Shown here in pieces: positions 51,470 through 64,000 of a DNA stretch of 64,000 nucleotides. Source of the DNA: Camelus ferus. Taxonomy: Eukaryota. Numbering within the stretch: the first letter of the stretch is position 1; every line of letters starts with the position of its first letter. The stretch is taken from contig NC_045697.1 of the NCBI RefSeq assembly GCF_009834535.1, forward strand, positions 111,354,001 to 111,418,000, written 5' to 3'. The notes under the pieces were generated by a model. It did not search any database. It saw only the letters and a list, made by a program, of their open reading frames with translations, and was not told the origin of the DNA. Both the position numbers and the translations under genes were made by a program.

Positions 51470-52800
51470 AAAAAGCAACAAAGGGGAAAATAAGCGGGAC
51501 TACATCAAATTGAAGAGTTTCTGCACAACAAAGGGAACAATTCACAGAGTGAAAAGGCAGCCATGGGATGGGAGAGAAGATTTGCAAACCATACTGATAA
51601 GGGGGTTATTTTGAAAATAAAGGAATTTCTACAACTCAGTGGCAAAAAATGGGCTAAAGACTTGAATAGACACTCCTCTTAAAGACATACAAGTGGTCAA
51701 CAGGTATATGAAACGATGCTCAAATTCATTAATCATGAGAGAAATGCAAATCAAAACCCCAATAAAATATCACCTTACACCTATCTGGATGGTGCTGTGG
51801 TTTGGATATTTGTGTCCCTTCAAAATTATGTTGAAATATTAATTCCCAATGTACTATATTAGGAGGTGGGGGTGGTTTATTTGGTAGGTGGTTAAATCAT
51901 GAGCCCTCACGTCTTCACGAATGGGATTAGGGCTTTTTAAAAAGAGACCCCACAGAGCTCCCTAGCCCCTCCCACCACGTGAGGACACAATGGGAAGTCT
52001 GTGACCCAGAGGGGGGCCCTCACCCCACCACACTGCCACCCTGAGCTAGAACTTCCAGCTTCCAGAACTCAAGAAATAAATGTAACCAACCCAGTCTGTG
52101 GTATTGTTATAGCACAGATAGATGGCTATTATCAAAAAAAGAAAGATGACAAGTGTTGGTGAGAACGTGGAGAAATTGGAACCCTCGTACACTGTTGGTG
52201 GGGATTTAAAATGACGCAGCCTCTATGGAAAACAGTATGGAGGTATCTCAGAAAGTTAAAAATAGAACTGCCATTTGATCCAGCTATCCTACTCCCGAAA
52301 GAACTGAAGATCACGACCTCAAAGAGGTATTTGAGATAAAGAGATACCTTTGAGATATTGTGAATTGCAGCACTATTCACAATAGCCAAATATCAAAACA
52401 ACCTAAGTGAACACTGAGAGGTGAATGGATTAAAAAAAAATGTGGTATATACATGCAGTGGAATATTATTCAGCCTTTAAAAAGAAGGAAATCCTGTCAT
52501 ACGTGACAACATGGATGAAACTTGAGGACACTATGTTAAGTGAAATAAGCCACTTTCAGAAGGACAAATATTACATGATTCCACTTACATGAGGTATCCA
52601 AAATAGACTCATAGAAGCAAAGAACAGAGTGGTGCCTGCCAGGGGCTGATGGAGGGGAAATGCAGAGCTGCATATAGAATTTCAGTTATTGCAAAATAAG
52701 TAAGTCGTGGAGCTCTGCTGCACAACATTGTGCTTATAGTTAACAAGGCTGTACTGTGCACTTAAAAACCTGTTAAGAGGGTAGATCTCATGTTAAGAAA
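51470..52800 (+). mobile_element. L1MA/L1MB ORF2 end and 3' UTR, interrupted by an MLT1A-type LTR at about 51793-52120
   Basis: L1 text cacctatctggatgg | ctattatcaaaaa is split by a MaLR LTR (tgctgtggtttgg...gaacttccagcttccagaact) with a gatgg duplication. Confidence 0.8.
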
Positions 52801-53089
52801 TAAGGAAAGAAAAAAACAAAGTTATTTAAGTTTAAATAGTAAGATTTCATTCTTCAGTTGCTATACCATTCCATGGCTAGTGTAGTTGGACACTGCCGCA
52901 GCTCAAGATGAATTTTCCCTCCCCAGATGGGGTAGGAGGAGTGCGGATGCAACAGAAGGCAGCAGTGACAGTGGCTGTGGTCTCTCCCCACGTGGCCATT
53001 ATCACCCCCAATGCTCCACCTCAATCAACAGTCATTTCTTCTAGTAAGTTTCAAACCCAGATGGGTTGCTGACTTAAGAAGGTGCAGTA

Positions 53090-53345
53090 CCTCTCCTAGT
53101 GGTTAAAAATGCTAGCTCTAGAGTCAGACAGGCTAGATTTCTCTCTGTGTTCCACCGTCTACCAGCTGGGAGACTGTGGCCAAGTTATTCAGCCTCTGTA
53201 CCTCAGTTTCCTCGACTTGCATGCAGGAAAAACAATACCTTCTTCACAGGGTTACTGGAAAGATTAAATTTAAAAATCCATTAAAAGTTGTTAGAATAGT
53301 GCCTTGCAATGTAATAAATGCCCCTCCAAAGCTTAGCTATTTGGT
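53090..53345 (+). mobile_element. MIR SINE
   Basis: ctctagagtcagacagg...caagttattcagcctctgtacctcagtttcctc...ttagaatagtgcctt. Confidence 0.75.
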
Positions 53346-53899
53346 AATGATGATAATGATAGGGAGGAGGGGGGACAAGAGAGGAGAAGGAGGAAGAGAA
53401 GGAAAAGGAGGAACCACTCAGCAACTGTCTGCTCTATTCTTTGTTCTGACTTCTTCACGGAAGACATTCCCCATGACTCTCACCTGCTCCTTCTCACAGT
53501 TCCCAGAGGACCTTCCAAACGAGCCGAACCCCAAGAGAGGCCCACGCTTTTGTGGTTAGGACCCTTTCATTGGTCTTTGCTGAGCTTTATCATTTACTCA
53601 CTCACAGAAGTGTTTACTGAGTGTCTACTATGAGCCAGGCCCTGGGTTACAACAGAAAACAAAGCAGATGTAGACCGTACCTTCATGAAACTTTAAAGTC
53701 TCCCCGACCCCAGATTCTGAGTTCTGGGACCACTTTTAGGATCCACTGCTCTTCTTCAAAGTAATATACAAGGGCTTCCCCAAGAGCTCTGACCCACCAG
53801 CTCAGAATCAGAGCCACTCTCCGCAGCAGGTTGACTCAACTGTACTCTCACCAGAGAATAAAACCAGTGTTTGCACAAGGTCTGGCTGTCCCTCTACGC

Positions 53900-54080
53900 G
53901 ACTGCAGTCCAGTAGGACTTTCTGTGCTGGTGGCAGTTTTGTGTATCTGCGCTGTCCAGTACAATAACAGCACCAGGGCACCTGGAATGTGGCTAGTGCA
54001 GCCGAGGACTGGATTTTTAACCACACCTAATTTAAATTTAAATAGCTGTACGTGGCTGCCTTATTGGAGAACGCAGGACT
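53900..54080. mobile_element. MER3-like hAT relic
   Basis: gactttctgtgctggtgg...tatctgcgctgtccagtacaat...atgtggctagtgc...aatttaaatttaaatagc. Confidence 0.65.
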
Positions 54081-57000
54081 AACTCCTTTGTTTTTGTTTG
54101 TTTGTTTGTTAGTTACAATCTGAAAACTGAATCTGGTGCTTTTTGTGCGAACTCCCTGTAGGCTGAGTTTATTTACACTGCACAAAGAAAGGTCTGAGTC
54201 GTCCTGGAGGGAAATTTGGACGTAGTACGGCTAGCACAGGCTACAGTTTTATTTTGGAATAAAAACCCATTGTTTTGCTGTGGAAAGAAACTTTCCTTAG
54301 TGGGAAAATTTTAAAGGTTCTGCCAAACCAGAAATGCTATTTAAATAATAAGAATTACCCCCTCTCCCTTTTTTTTTTAGCAGAAGAGATGATCGATCAT
54401 GATTAGAACCATTTGTAAAAGTCACTTTGAAGGTGTCTGTGTCCACAACTTGGGGCAGCAGCAGGAGAATGGAAGCAACAGTGGTCATTTCGATTTGGTC
54501 AAAATAACCACCCACAGGTCCTCCACCTTAAGCCACACCCTCCAGCTAGCGATCAAAGTCAAACTCAACATTCTAAGTGGACTTGGAGCCAAAGGAAACT
54601 TAAAAGATTCGTAAAGAAAGCCCAAATATGATGGGTTAAATAATTGGGAGTAACTGAAACCATTATGGAAAAACACCCATCCTGAAAGTTACAGTTACTG
54701 GTTCTAGCCCGCTACTTGGAACACAGCATTAGAGAGTCTACGGTACTGGCTTGAGTGTGAATGCCCTAAAAGTTCAAGGACCACAGTGGCCTGCTCCAGA
54801 GTCAGGGCTGGACAGGACATTTAAAAGATGGCCTCATTCTTTAGCAAAACGGAGCTGAGTCCCTGCGATGGCCTCTGTCCCAGGGAAGCTGAGGTCCACC
54901 CGGTGCTACCGATCAGGCTCCTCTGTGAGTTCAGGATACACACAAGCCACCTCTTGTGCAAGTTGCTTCAGTTCTCCAGATGCACAATCCTCATGCATTT
55001 GGGCCATTAAAGACCAACCAAATCAGGACTCTTGAGAGTGCAAGGGATCCCAAGGATTAATGATGAGCGCAGTAGCCTTGCTGGGAACCAAGAAGACCTG
55101 AGGCCAGAGAGGGCTGTGAGATACCTGGTAGCCAGGGCTTATCAAGGACTCACAGGTCCCTGAGAAAAACCCCTCAAGGCAAGCATTTTCCCATTGGAGA
55201 TACAGAGAAAGAGGTGGTCGTGCTTGCTTGGTCACTCCTTGGAATCCCCCCAGCACTGATGTAAGTAATTACTGTGGGTCGCTGTGACATTATAAAGGAG
55301 TTCAGTTGGGAGGGCATAAGGGGGAGAAGTCCTGTAAAGGCTTAAAGTATATAAATTATTATAGAAATGAACTGTAGTTCATTCCTGTGGTGTTCATATG
55401 AATCATGAAATCAGTGACATTTCCAAAAACCCTGCAAGTCACACCACTGTTCCAGAAACCATAGCCTAGGAGGGGGTACGGCTGTAGCTGGGGGAATTCT
55501 GAAACTTACCCCTTGGTTCATTTCTGCTGCAAATGAATACCTGGGTAATACTCCCATTTGCCCACACCTGTGCTATAAAAGGGGTTAGCACAAACTGATC
55601 TGACTTCTGGATGATGAGTAAAGAGACAAAGTTATCTTCTATGCTGATGAAGCTTAACTTTAAAACCCCCAATCTTCCAGCCTCCCAGGGATTCAGCACT
55701 GATGAATACACTAGGAGCCGTCCTGGTTAAAGACATCACAGCATGAGGAGCATGTTTAAAACTTGGAGAGGATACACGGAGAACAAAAACAGAACACACA
55801 CAAACACACAGAGAGAAAAAAAACAGAAAACGCACAGTGGTTTTGGCAGGAAAACTAAACAAAGCAAGAAAGTCTGATGGGGAAGTCTTACGTGAAGCTA
55901 TATAACAGCACAACTATATTATGTAAACGATAGCCTTTGAACTAAGGTATTAAAATCTAAAAAATTCTGGAAAGTAGAAGAATAAATCTATAAACAAGCG
56001 AATTGCAGTTTGCTGATTCATTGGGTTAACGAGCTGATCTGGAGACGGGTTTAGCTCTCTCCCAACTCCATCAGTTCCTCGTCACCTCAACATCTTTTTG
56101 TCTAGGACACTGACATTTTCTCAATTTAAGAAATCTGCTCGCCTTTTCTAATCAGATGGCTGCCCCACTCCCTTGGCACATAGAAAGTTCTAGCAGCAAC
56201 TGCAAATTTATATTCTCCTCGTTAGTAACAGTATCCTTGTATTGTTACTTTTCCTAAAATTTTTATAAGAGTGAGAAATGCAGCATGAACTTTCTGTCAC
56301 ATGAGATACAAGTCTGAAATGGAAGTAAATCTTTGAAGTGACATAAAAAATTGCTTCCGCAGACTTCTGTCACAACATGTTGTTTTTCCTATGTGCGTAA
56401 GTCAGCAATAGAGAACACAGATGGCTCTTCCATGAATAATTTCCTTCTAACAATTTAACTAGGAAATGAATTCCTCTTGACTTCTGAATCAAAATGATTA
56501 ACAGCAAAGACATGGTCTCCTGTCCTTCCCCAGCTAATTCTATGTTTCTGTGTTTTCTCCTCTCTTCTTCTACCTTATCCATTTCCCTTTTCACGTGATC
56601 TTTTTGTTGCCTTGCCAAATTTTAAGTTGGCTTAACCCAAAGCCACCTTTTGGCAATTACCAGACAACTCATTTTTATGTCCCTGTTACTTTTGGGGGTA
56701 GGGTTTTTTGGGGTGGTGGTTGTTAATATTGAATTGGTTGCCTGGTTGCCAGGTTGATATTTTTCAAACATGAAGCTGTTTATAGACGATTTATCCAAAA
56801 ACATCTTTAATGAACCAGGCAAATGAAGTGTTTCTCATTACTCCCCTTTTTCTAAGTCAGAAATACGAGCCAGATTCTCTGACGATTTAATCGCCTTCCT
56901 GGCTACAAATCAGACACCTCTGAAAAATACACTTACTCTTTTAAAACACCAGGACACGTGTTAGTCAGGGGCGCCTTGCACCAAGTCATCCGACAGTAAA

Positions 57001-57418
57001 GGGGCTCGTCTTCACACTGGAGGTCAGTCTCTGCCTCTGCTTTCAGCTGCTGGGGCTCATGCTTTGAGTAAGCACTGCTCGAACTCCATTACAGACTCTG
57101 CCATCCATGAGGCCCCCGAAGCCCAAGATCAGTTCCACGTGTGGCCCCGTCACAGCAACCGGCATGGACCTTTACAGTCCTGGTGCTCCTGAGCCTTGAA
57201 GCCAGAATGGACCCTCAGAACTGTGTTAGACCTGTTTTATCTTTTTAAACCCTGTTTATTTTAGTGATTTTGCAACACTCATCATGTTGGAAACTACCCA
57301 TTCAAATTATCCACTTGGCTTCCCCACTAGACTGCAGGGAGCACGTGAGCAGGGATTATGATTGTCTTGTTCATTATTAGGATCCCAACACATTGACCAT
57401 CACAAAAAAGATGCTCGA

Positions 57419-57973
57419 CGCTATTTACATTAGCCAAGACAGGGAAACAGCCTAAATGTCCATCAACAGATGACTGGATAAAGAAGATGCGGTGTATTTA
57501 TACAATGGAATACTATTCAGCCATAAAAACCGACAACATAATGCCATTTGCAGCAACATGGTTGTCCCTGGAGAATGTCATTCTAAGTGAAGTAAGCCAG
57601 AAGGAGAAAGAAAAATACCATATGAGATCGCTCACATGTGGAATCTAAAAAAAAAGACAAAAACAAAACAGAAACAGACTCATAGACATAGAATACAAAC
57701 TTGTGGTTGCCAAGAGGGAGTGAGGTGGGAAGGGACAGACTGGGATTTCAAAATCTGTAGATACTGACAGGCATATGTAGAATAGATAAACAAGATTACA
57801 CTGTACAGCACAGGGAGATACATACAAGATCTTGTGGTAGCTCACAGCGAAAAAAAATGTGACAATGAATATATGTATGTTCATGTATAATTGAAAAATT
57901 GTGCTCTATACTGGAATTTGACACAACATTGTAAAATGACTACAACTCAATAAAAAAAGTTTTATAAAAGAAA
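57419..57973 (+). mobile_element. Young camelid L1 3' end inserted in an L2 tail
   Basis: Perfect 15-bp TSD aaaaaagatgctcga (57404-57418, 57974-57988); same subfamily as 48489-49352. Confidence 0.92.
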
Positions 57974-58196
57974 AAAAAAGATGCTCGATATATACACGTT
58001 GATGAAATGACCAGTAGAGAGGAACATGGTGTAGCATTCCGTGCCTCCAGTGACGAAGGATGGGTGCCCTGCTGTTTCCCTGCTCCTTCCTCAGAGGCTT
58101 GTGCTTTGTGTGGACTAAAACTATCTTCCTAACCTGAGGCTCTCTTCCCCTCACTACCTTATCATCTCTCACTGGGTGCATTAAAATAGCCTCCTA

Positions 58197-59092
58197 TTTT
58201 TTTGAATTGGCTTGTTTTTTTGTTACTAAGTTGTATGAGCTGTTTATGTATTCTGGAAATTAAACCTTTATCAGTAGCATCATTTGCAAATATTTTCTCC
58301 CATTCTATGGGTTGTTTTTTTATTTTGCTTATGGTTTCATTTGCTGTGCAAAAGCTTATAAGTTTAATTAGGTCCCATATGCTTATTTCTGCTTTTATTT
58401 CTATTGCCTGGGTAGACTGCCCTAGGAGAACATTGCTAAGATTTATGACCCAGCAATCCCACTCCTATACATGTATCTGGAGAAAACTCTAATTTGAAAG
58501 ATACATGCACCCCAATGTTCATAGCAGCACTATTTACAATAGCCAAGACATGGAAACAACCCAAATGTCCAACAACAGATGACTGGAAATAGAAGTTGTG
58601 GTGTATTTATACAATAGAATACTATTCAGTCATAAAAAGAATAAAATAATGCCATTTGCAGCAACATGGATGGACCTGGAGATTGTCATTCTAAGTGAAG
58701 TAAGCCAGAAAGAGAAAGAAAAATACTATATGATATCACTCATATGTGGAATCTAAAAAAAAAAAGAAAAAGACACAAATGAACTTATTTATAAAACAGA
58801 AACACACTCACAGACATAGAAAACAAATCTACAGTTAACAGGGGGGAAAGGGGTGGGAAGGGATAAATTAGGAGTTCAAGATTTGCAGATACTAACTACT
58901 ATATATAAAACAGATAAACAACAAGTTCATACTGTATAGCACAGGGAACTATATTCAGTATCTTGTAACCTATAATGAAAAAGAATATGAAAAGGAATAT
59001 ATGTATGTTCATGTATGACTGAAACATTATGCTGTACACCAGAAATTGACATATTGTAAACTGACTAGATGTCAATTAAAAAATTAAAAAAA
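58197..59092 (+). mobile_element. 5'-inverted (twin-primed) L1
   Basis: Antisense ORF2 piece 58197-58447 joined to a sense 3' end and poly(A); TSD aaaaYagcctccta at 58183-58196 and 59093-59106. Confidence 0.9.
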
Positions 59093-59929
59093 AAAACAGC
59101 CTCCTAGGGTCTTCTACCTCCAGAGCTGACCCTGCCTCATTCATCCCCGACATGGTCACCCGTCAGTCTACCTTCCCCTAAGTGGGCTCCCTCAAAACCG
59201 CCTTAGCTTTCACAGGATAAAGTCTCTATTCTTTTGCATTTGAACTTGATCTAAACTCTAGGTAGGTTATGTTGATTTCCAATAGCTGGTCCTCAGCTAC
59301 CCCTCCAATGCCTCCTGGATGCATGCTTCACCCTCAAGCAGTGTTATATCATCTACAGCTCCCCACACACACGATGCTCTATCACGTCTCCAGATACGTG
59401 CACTTGCAGTGCCTTCTGCCTGGATTCCTTGTTCCCCACTTCTTCATCCAGAAACTCTGACTCATAATTCAGGATTCAGCTCAGATGTTAGCTCCTACAG
59501 AAAATCTCACCTGAATTCTTTCCACACTCCACCCCCTGCTCCCAGATTGGCTGTAAGATTTTCCTCCCATAATACCCAATGCATGATGATATCATAGTAA
59601 ATATTATATCACCTTGAATGTATATGTTTACATGTCTTCATGTCTACATCTTAGACATGATGACCTCAAGAGCCAAACAGCACTGCTCTAGCTATAGCTC
59701 CATGATCTAGCAAACTCTCTTTTTACTTTTAACAAGAATGGACCAAAAAGTCTCAGTTTAATCCTCCCATCATCTGCAGTCCCTCAGAAAACAACAACCT
59801 CAGGTGCAGGGAGGCTGGAGGAATAGAATTGGTTCATAAAGGATCCAGGCCCTAAACAAAGATGCCTAAAAATATGACTTAAATGGTATCTGAAGTGGAC
59901 ATCTGATGCTTCTGCCAGTTCAGAATTAA

Positions 59930-60292
59930 CATTTGCTCAGTAACTACCATGATTTCCTCCATTCTCAGTCCACATGCCCCAACCTTAGTCAATCAGCAAA
60001 CTTCACCTCTCTGACCAAACTATTTCAGATATAGCATGTGACCCAAGCCAGACCAATAAGACTTAATTAAGGACTTTTGTGAGAACTTTTCCTTCTAAGA
60101 GACATGTCTGTCTGGGAAAGAAACAGCATGGAAAACAGCAATCCCCATGACAAGTCCTCGGGAATCTCACTTTCACTCTGATCCAGCCATGCCTGAAGGC
60201 AGATCTTTCCTGGGACTTGTTAATTCTGTGAACCAATACATTCTCTTTTTCCCTAGAGTTGGGCTATCACTTGATTCAAGAATTTCAATACA
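59930..60292 (+). mobile_element. MLT1J/I-like MaLR LTR
   Basis: catgtgacccaagccagaccaataaga...tgatccagccatgcctgaag...tgtgaaccaatacattctctttt. Confidence 0.6.
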
Positions 60293-60780
60293 GTGTCCAA
60301 CCTAAATGATCTCTTGAAATACCAGAGTGCCAAAATCAGACCAATTTTAAACACAAAAAATAGCCAGAGAATAATAACTAGTGAAAGTTACATTCCTCTA
60401 TATGTCTAAATGTCAAAACAAAGTCTTTTTTTTTGACTTTTAAAACTGTTACTGTTTTACTGTTTAAAATAAAGTCTTTTTAATCCCTGTATTTCTCTGT
60501 GATAATACTTCAACTGAGGTTCAAAAAAAAAAAAAAAAGACCATTACATAAATTACTAAAGTCCATTTCACATTGGACTGTGTCTAAAATAGACTAACTA
60601 GGAATTGGCTGGGCTTTGGAAAACTCCAGCCCAATAATACATAACGTTAGTTTCTAAATGTGTTTTGATAGGAAACAGATGAAACATCTAGGGGTGTTTT
60701 AGGCAGAGTGAAAACATCATACACTAACCTGAAGACTGCTTGATGGCTGAGCTTTAAAGCTTTAAAGGTGAAGCCACGTA

Positions 60781-60861
60781 ATAACTGAATCGCTTTGCTG
60801 TACACCTGAAACTAACATTGTAAATCAACTACACTTCAATAAACAACAACAACAACAAAAC
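60781..60861 (+). mobile_element. Extremely truncated L1 3' tip (about 80 bp)
   Basis: gctgtacacctgaaactaacattgtaaatcaactacacttcaataaa(caa)n; TSD aaaggtgaagcYacRta at 60764-60780 and 60862-60878. Confidence 0.8.
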
Positions 60862-62199
60862 AAAGGTGAAGCTACATAATAATACAGAACTCCCAATGCA
60901 AGGCGGGGTCTTTCCCGATGCCCAGAATTAGAGCCACTGGTTCAAGGTCCTTCCCCTCCGACCTCCACCCACAGATGGGCAGGGGTCTGGACTGGGAGCA
61001 GAGGGAGCCGCTCAGCCTCAGCTGAGGAAACCAAACTGCCCCAAGGTTCTCATTGCAGCCAGGTGAGCAAAGGGCAGACAGGAAGGGGAGCAAGTCAGGT
61101 ACAGAGGGAGCAGCAGGAGAGAGGCCCCCGTGGAGGGTGAGCCCTGGGGGCACGTGGAAGTCCAGGCCCAGAAGTCGGCCTCATGCGGTGACCAGGCCAC
61201 CCAGCCGGCCACGTGGGACTACACAGAGGACAGGGCGCACACCCCTCCCAGAGTGCAGTTCACACTGAACAAAGCAGATGAGCTGGTTTTACTCAGAGTG
61301 CAGGCTGCTCATTCTTAGCTAGGAAAATGGTAAACTTTAAAGAAATACAGATAGTGAGTAATTTTTGTACACCACGTCTGTAGCACACGTAGATTAAGGG
61401 AAGCAAGTAGAAAAAAATAACATTATATTCATAGAGTGCTCCTCAGTTAGCAGAGTGTTTTCACACGTAATTCTCATATTTGATCATCACTTTACCTTAA
61501 CAAGCCTCCAGGGATGTGCAGACCAGGGATGAGGAATCCCACTTGATAGGGAAGGAAATGGAAACCAAGTAAAATGAATTGCTCAAGATTACTTTGTTAG
61601 CAAGTTGCAACACTAGAATCCAGACTCGGGTCTTTTTATCCCAAAAGTAGACTCCCTCACTGTGCTGGGCTGTCGCTCCGAAAAATGCCAAGTGTCCACA
61701 CAACTGAGAAGGTTTATCCTGGCTCTTTACAAAAGCATCCCTTTCATCCATGATTTGCAGATTTATTACCATTTAGATTGCTACGTAAACAAGGTTACAA
61801 AACCAAAGACCTCTGTGGGAATTAGAATTAGATTCAGAAAAAGTCACAAAGCTTATATTGGTTGGAAAAAAAGAATGCTATATTAAAGAACACAATTATT
61901 TTCCTTCACAACAGAAGCCAGCAGTCTGACAACAGTAGTCATTACAATGTGAGGAAATATTAAATAAGGCTTAGGACCTAAGTCTTTTTTAGGTCCACTG
62001 AAGGGGGCAGGAGGAACTGAACTGCCACAACTCTAGGATGTATGTGAACATGCAGATGACCACAGGGCTGTCGGAACTAGGGCAGAGATTCTGAAAGGGA
62101 TTAGGAAAGTTCTTTCCTTGGTTCAAAGATGGATTTTAAAATAGATTTTACACATCTAGGATGATTCAAGAACAATTCTGCCAAAAAGTCTCTGGAATA

Positions 62200-62360
62200 G
62201 TCTAGGTCAGGGTTCAACAACACAGTCCATGATCCAGCCAACTGCTTTCTGTAAATAAAGGTTTATTGGAACCCAGCCACATCTCTTCATTTGCATATTA
62301 TCTGTGGCTGCTTTTGTACTACCGCTGAACCAAAGATAACTATTCTATGGTCCTTTAGAA
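62200..62360. mobile_element. MER58-like hAT relic
   Basis: tgtaaataaaggtttattggaacccagccac...tattatctgtggctgcttttg. Confidence 0.7.
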
Positions 62361-62639
62361 AAAAAAAAAGGCAACTGAGACCCTCTGAGACCAAAGAAGA
62401 AGGAGTACGGGCCACTTCTGTTAAGTCCTGGATAGTCAGTCTGTTCATCAAAGGTTGTGTTTTGGACATATTGAGTTTAAACTACTACAGGAAAGTCAAG
62501 CTAAGGCATATTATGCTGGAATTCAGGGAGGAGTCCGGGCTGAAGTTAGTCTGGCTGGAGAAAGTCTTCACTTTGCACGGATCCAACATGAATGAAGAGC
62601 AGCTTCCACAGTTGAGGTAACGCCAGTCCCCCAACACCA

Positions 62640-63560
62640 TGGTTCACATTTCAGCGACTGCCATGGTATGTCAGGTGTGACATCTGCATGAAAAACAAAT
62701 GTTACTTCTGGCCCTGCAGTCCCCAAATCAGTACAGATGTGACTCGTGACTAGTGGTCATCCTGTCACTTCTCTCAGAGTCTGTGGTGACTGCACGTCGG
62801 TCATTGAGTTCCTACCCAGTCAGCAAAGTGCACAGTGGTGTTGCCTTCTTATCTCAGTGATAAATGCATAGGACTTTTTACAAAATGGATCATTAAAAGA
62901 GAGCATTGAAAGAGGCCAAGAAAGGTGAGATTGCAGCAAAGAAATGGAAAGTGATAACGCAAGAAAGGAAATTCAAGTTGAGCTCAAGCGGAGCTATGGG
63001 AGAGGCAGCTAACTGTGCGAATGCTGACCGCACCTCCGTCTCAGAGACTCCAGACATGCAGTCAGGAACCGAGCGGCAGGAGGGTGGTTGCGAGGAAGGG
63101 GACAGAGATGTCCTTGAAGAGGTGATACTGCAAAAAAAAAACTACCATTGAAGGAACTTTCGGACACATTTCACAGCATTGAAAATGCAAAGGATAAACT
63201 GTTGGAAGCTGATCCAAACTCAGAAAAGAGACAACTTGCTGGGGCACAGAAAAGATGCTCATTCGGTAAATACATTATGCAAGAAGAAGGAAACAAAGAC
63301 TACACAAACTAGATACATTTTTTACAAAGAAATAAAACACTAATTCTCAATGTTTTTAAAGTTTTACATTACAGTGTACCAAAAAATAGTAGGCTGACTA
63401 TTTTTTATCATTTCCATATATTTATAGTCAGGAGTAAGAGCTTTTAATGTTTTAACAAAAAAGTTATAAAGATCCTAACTTTTCCCATTGTCACGAAGAC
63501 TGCTCTGCCGCGTGGTGGGTGCGCGCAGTCACTCGCTGATCCTACGCTGCTGTGCAGAGT
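62640..63560 (+). mobile_element. Tigger-family (MER82-like) DNA transposon relic
   Basis: gaaggaactttcggacacatttcacagcattgaaaatgcaaaggataaactgttggaagctgatccaaac...ggcacagaaaagatgctc. Confidence 0.65.
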
Positions 63561-64000
63561 GAAAACCGCCTATATGTTTAGGCGTCTTCAGCACAAAAGT
63601 GGCATCTGAAGCTATGAGATTGTGTAAGACCTACTTAGAAAAATACTTTTCAACTGCAAGTTGTGACTCATAAAAGTGGGTAGTGAAATCAATTTAGTGA
63701 GTGTGAAGAGAATGTTTAATGAAATAGAAAAAAAGAACAAATCAAAGTGCATTGTTTCATGAGGACACGGATTCAGAGTGTGTGTGCGCTCAGGAATGTC
63801 ACAAAATGTATTTTTTTTTCCTATATAGGAATTGAAATAAGATTGAAAATCACTGAACTAGGAAATGTGTACAGACAGGAGGCTCAAGGACAAATTCCCA
63901 GATACTCTAGATAATTGAGTTTGGGGAGTTGACGGGGAACCATTAAACAGGTAGAGAAGAATCAGCCAATAAGGAAAGAGGGGAACTAAGAAATCAAGTC

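Noticed and set aside
62906..63151. 81-aa charged ORF
   Set aside because: Lies inside a decayed Tigger-type transposon relic.

Overview
Mammalian genomic DNA, most likely camelid: it carries vic-1-like tRNA-derived SINEs, artiodactyl-type L1s and a CPE protein close to the bovine one. The whole window lies inside the carboxypeptidase E (CPE) gene on the minus strand. Coding exons 2-7 are present with canonical GT-AG boundaries, a continuous reading frame and intact Zn/catalytic motifs. Exon 1 lies beyond 64000 and exons 8-9 lie before position 1. The introns are filled with L1, L2, MIR, MaLR/ERV1 LTRs and DNA-transposon relics. The unusual part is intron 5 (8217-23699, 15.5 kb). It contains an orphan, decaying but splice-site-intact 110-nt exon of KLHL2 (a neighbour of CPE in human) on the opposite strand at 16291-16400, with intronic flanks, so it is a genomic-type copy rather than a spliced retrocopy. 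This exon sits between two inverted L1 copies that are only about 80-86% alike overall (by eye). They nevertheless share perfect 180-bp and 91-bp tracts with apparently private variants, the signature of gene conversion or recurrent inversion. If that cassette flips, the KLHL2 exon would become a sense, frame-shifting poison exon in CPE. Repeat family names and ortholog comparisons are from recall, not database searches, and repeat boundaries without TSDs are approximate.
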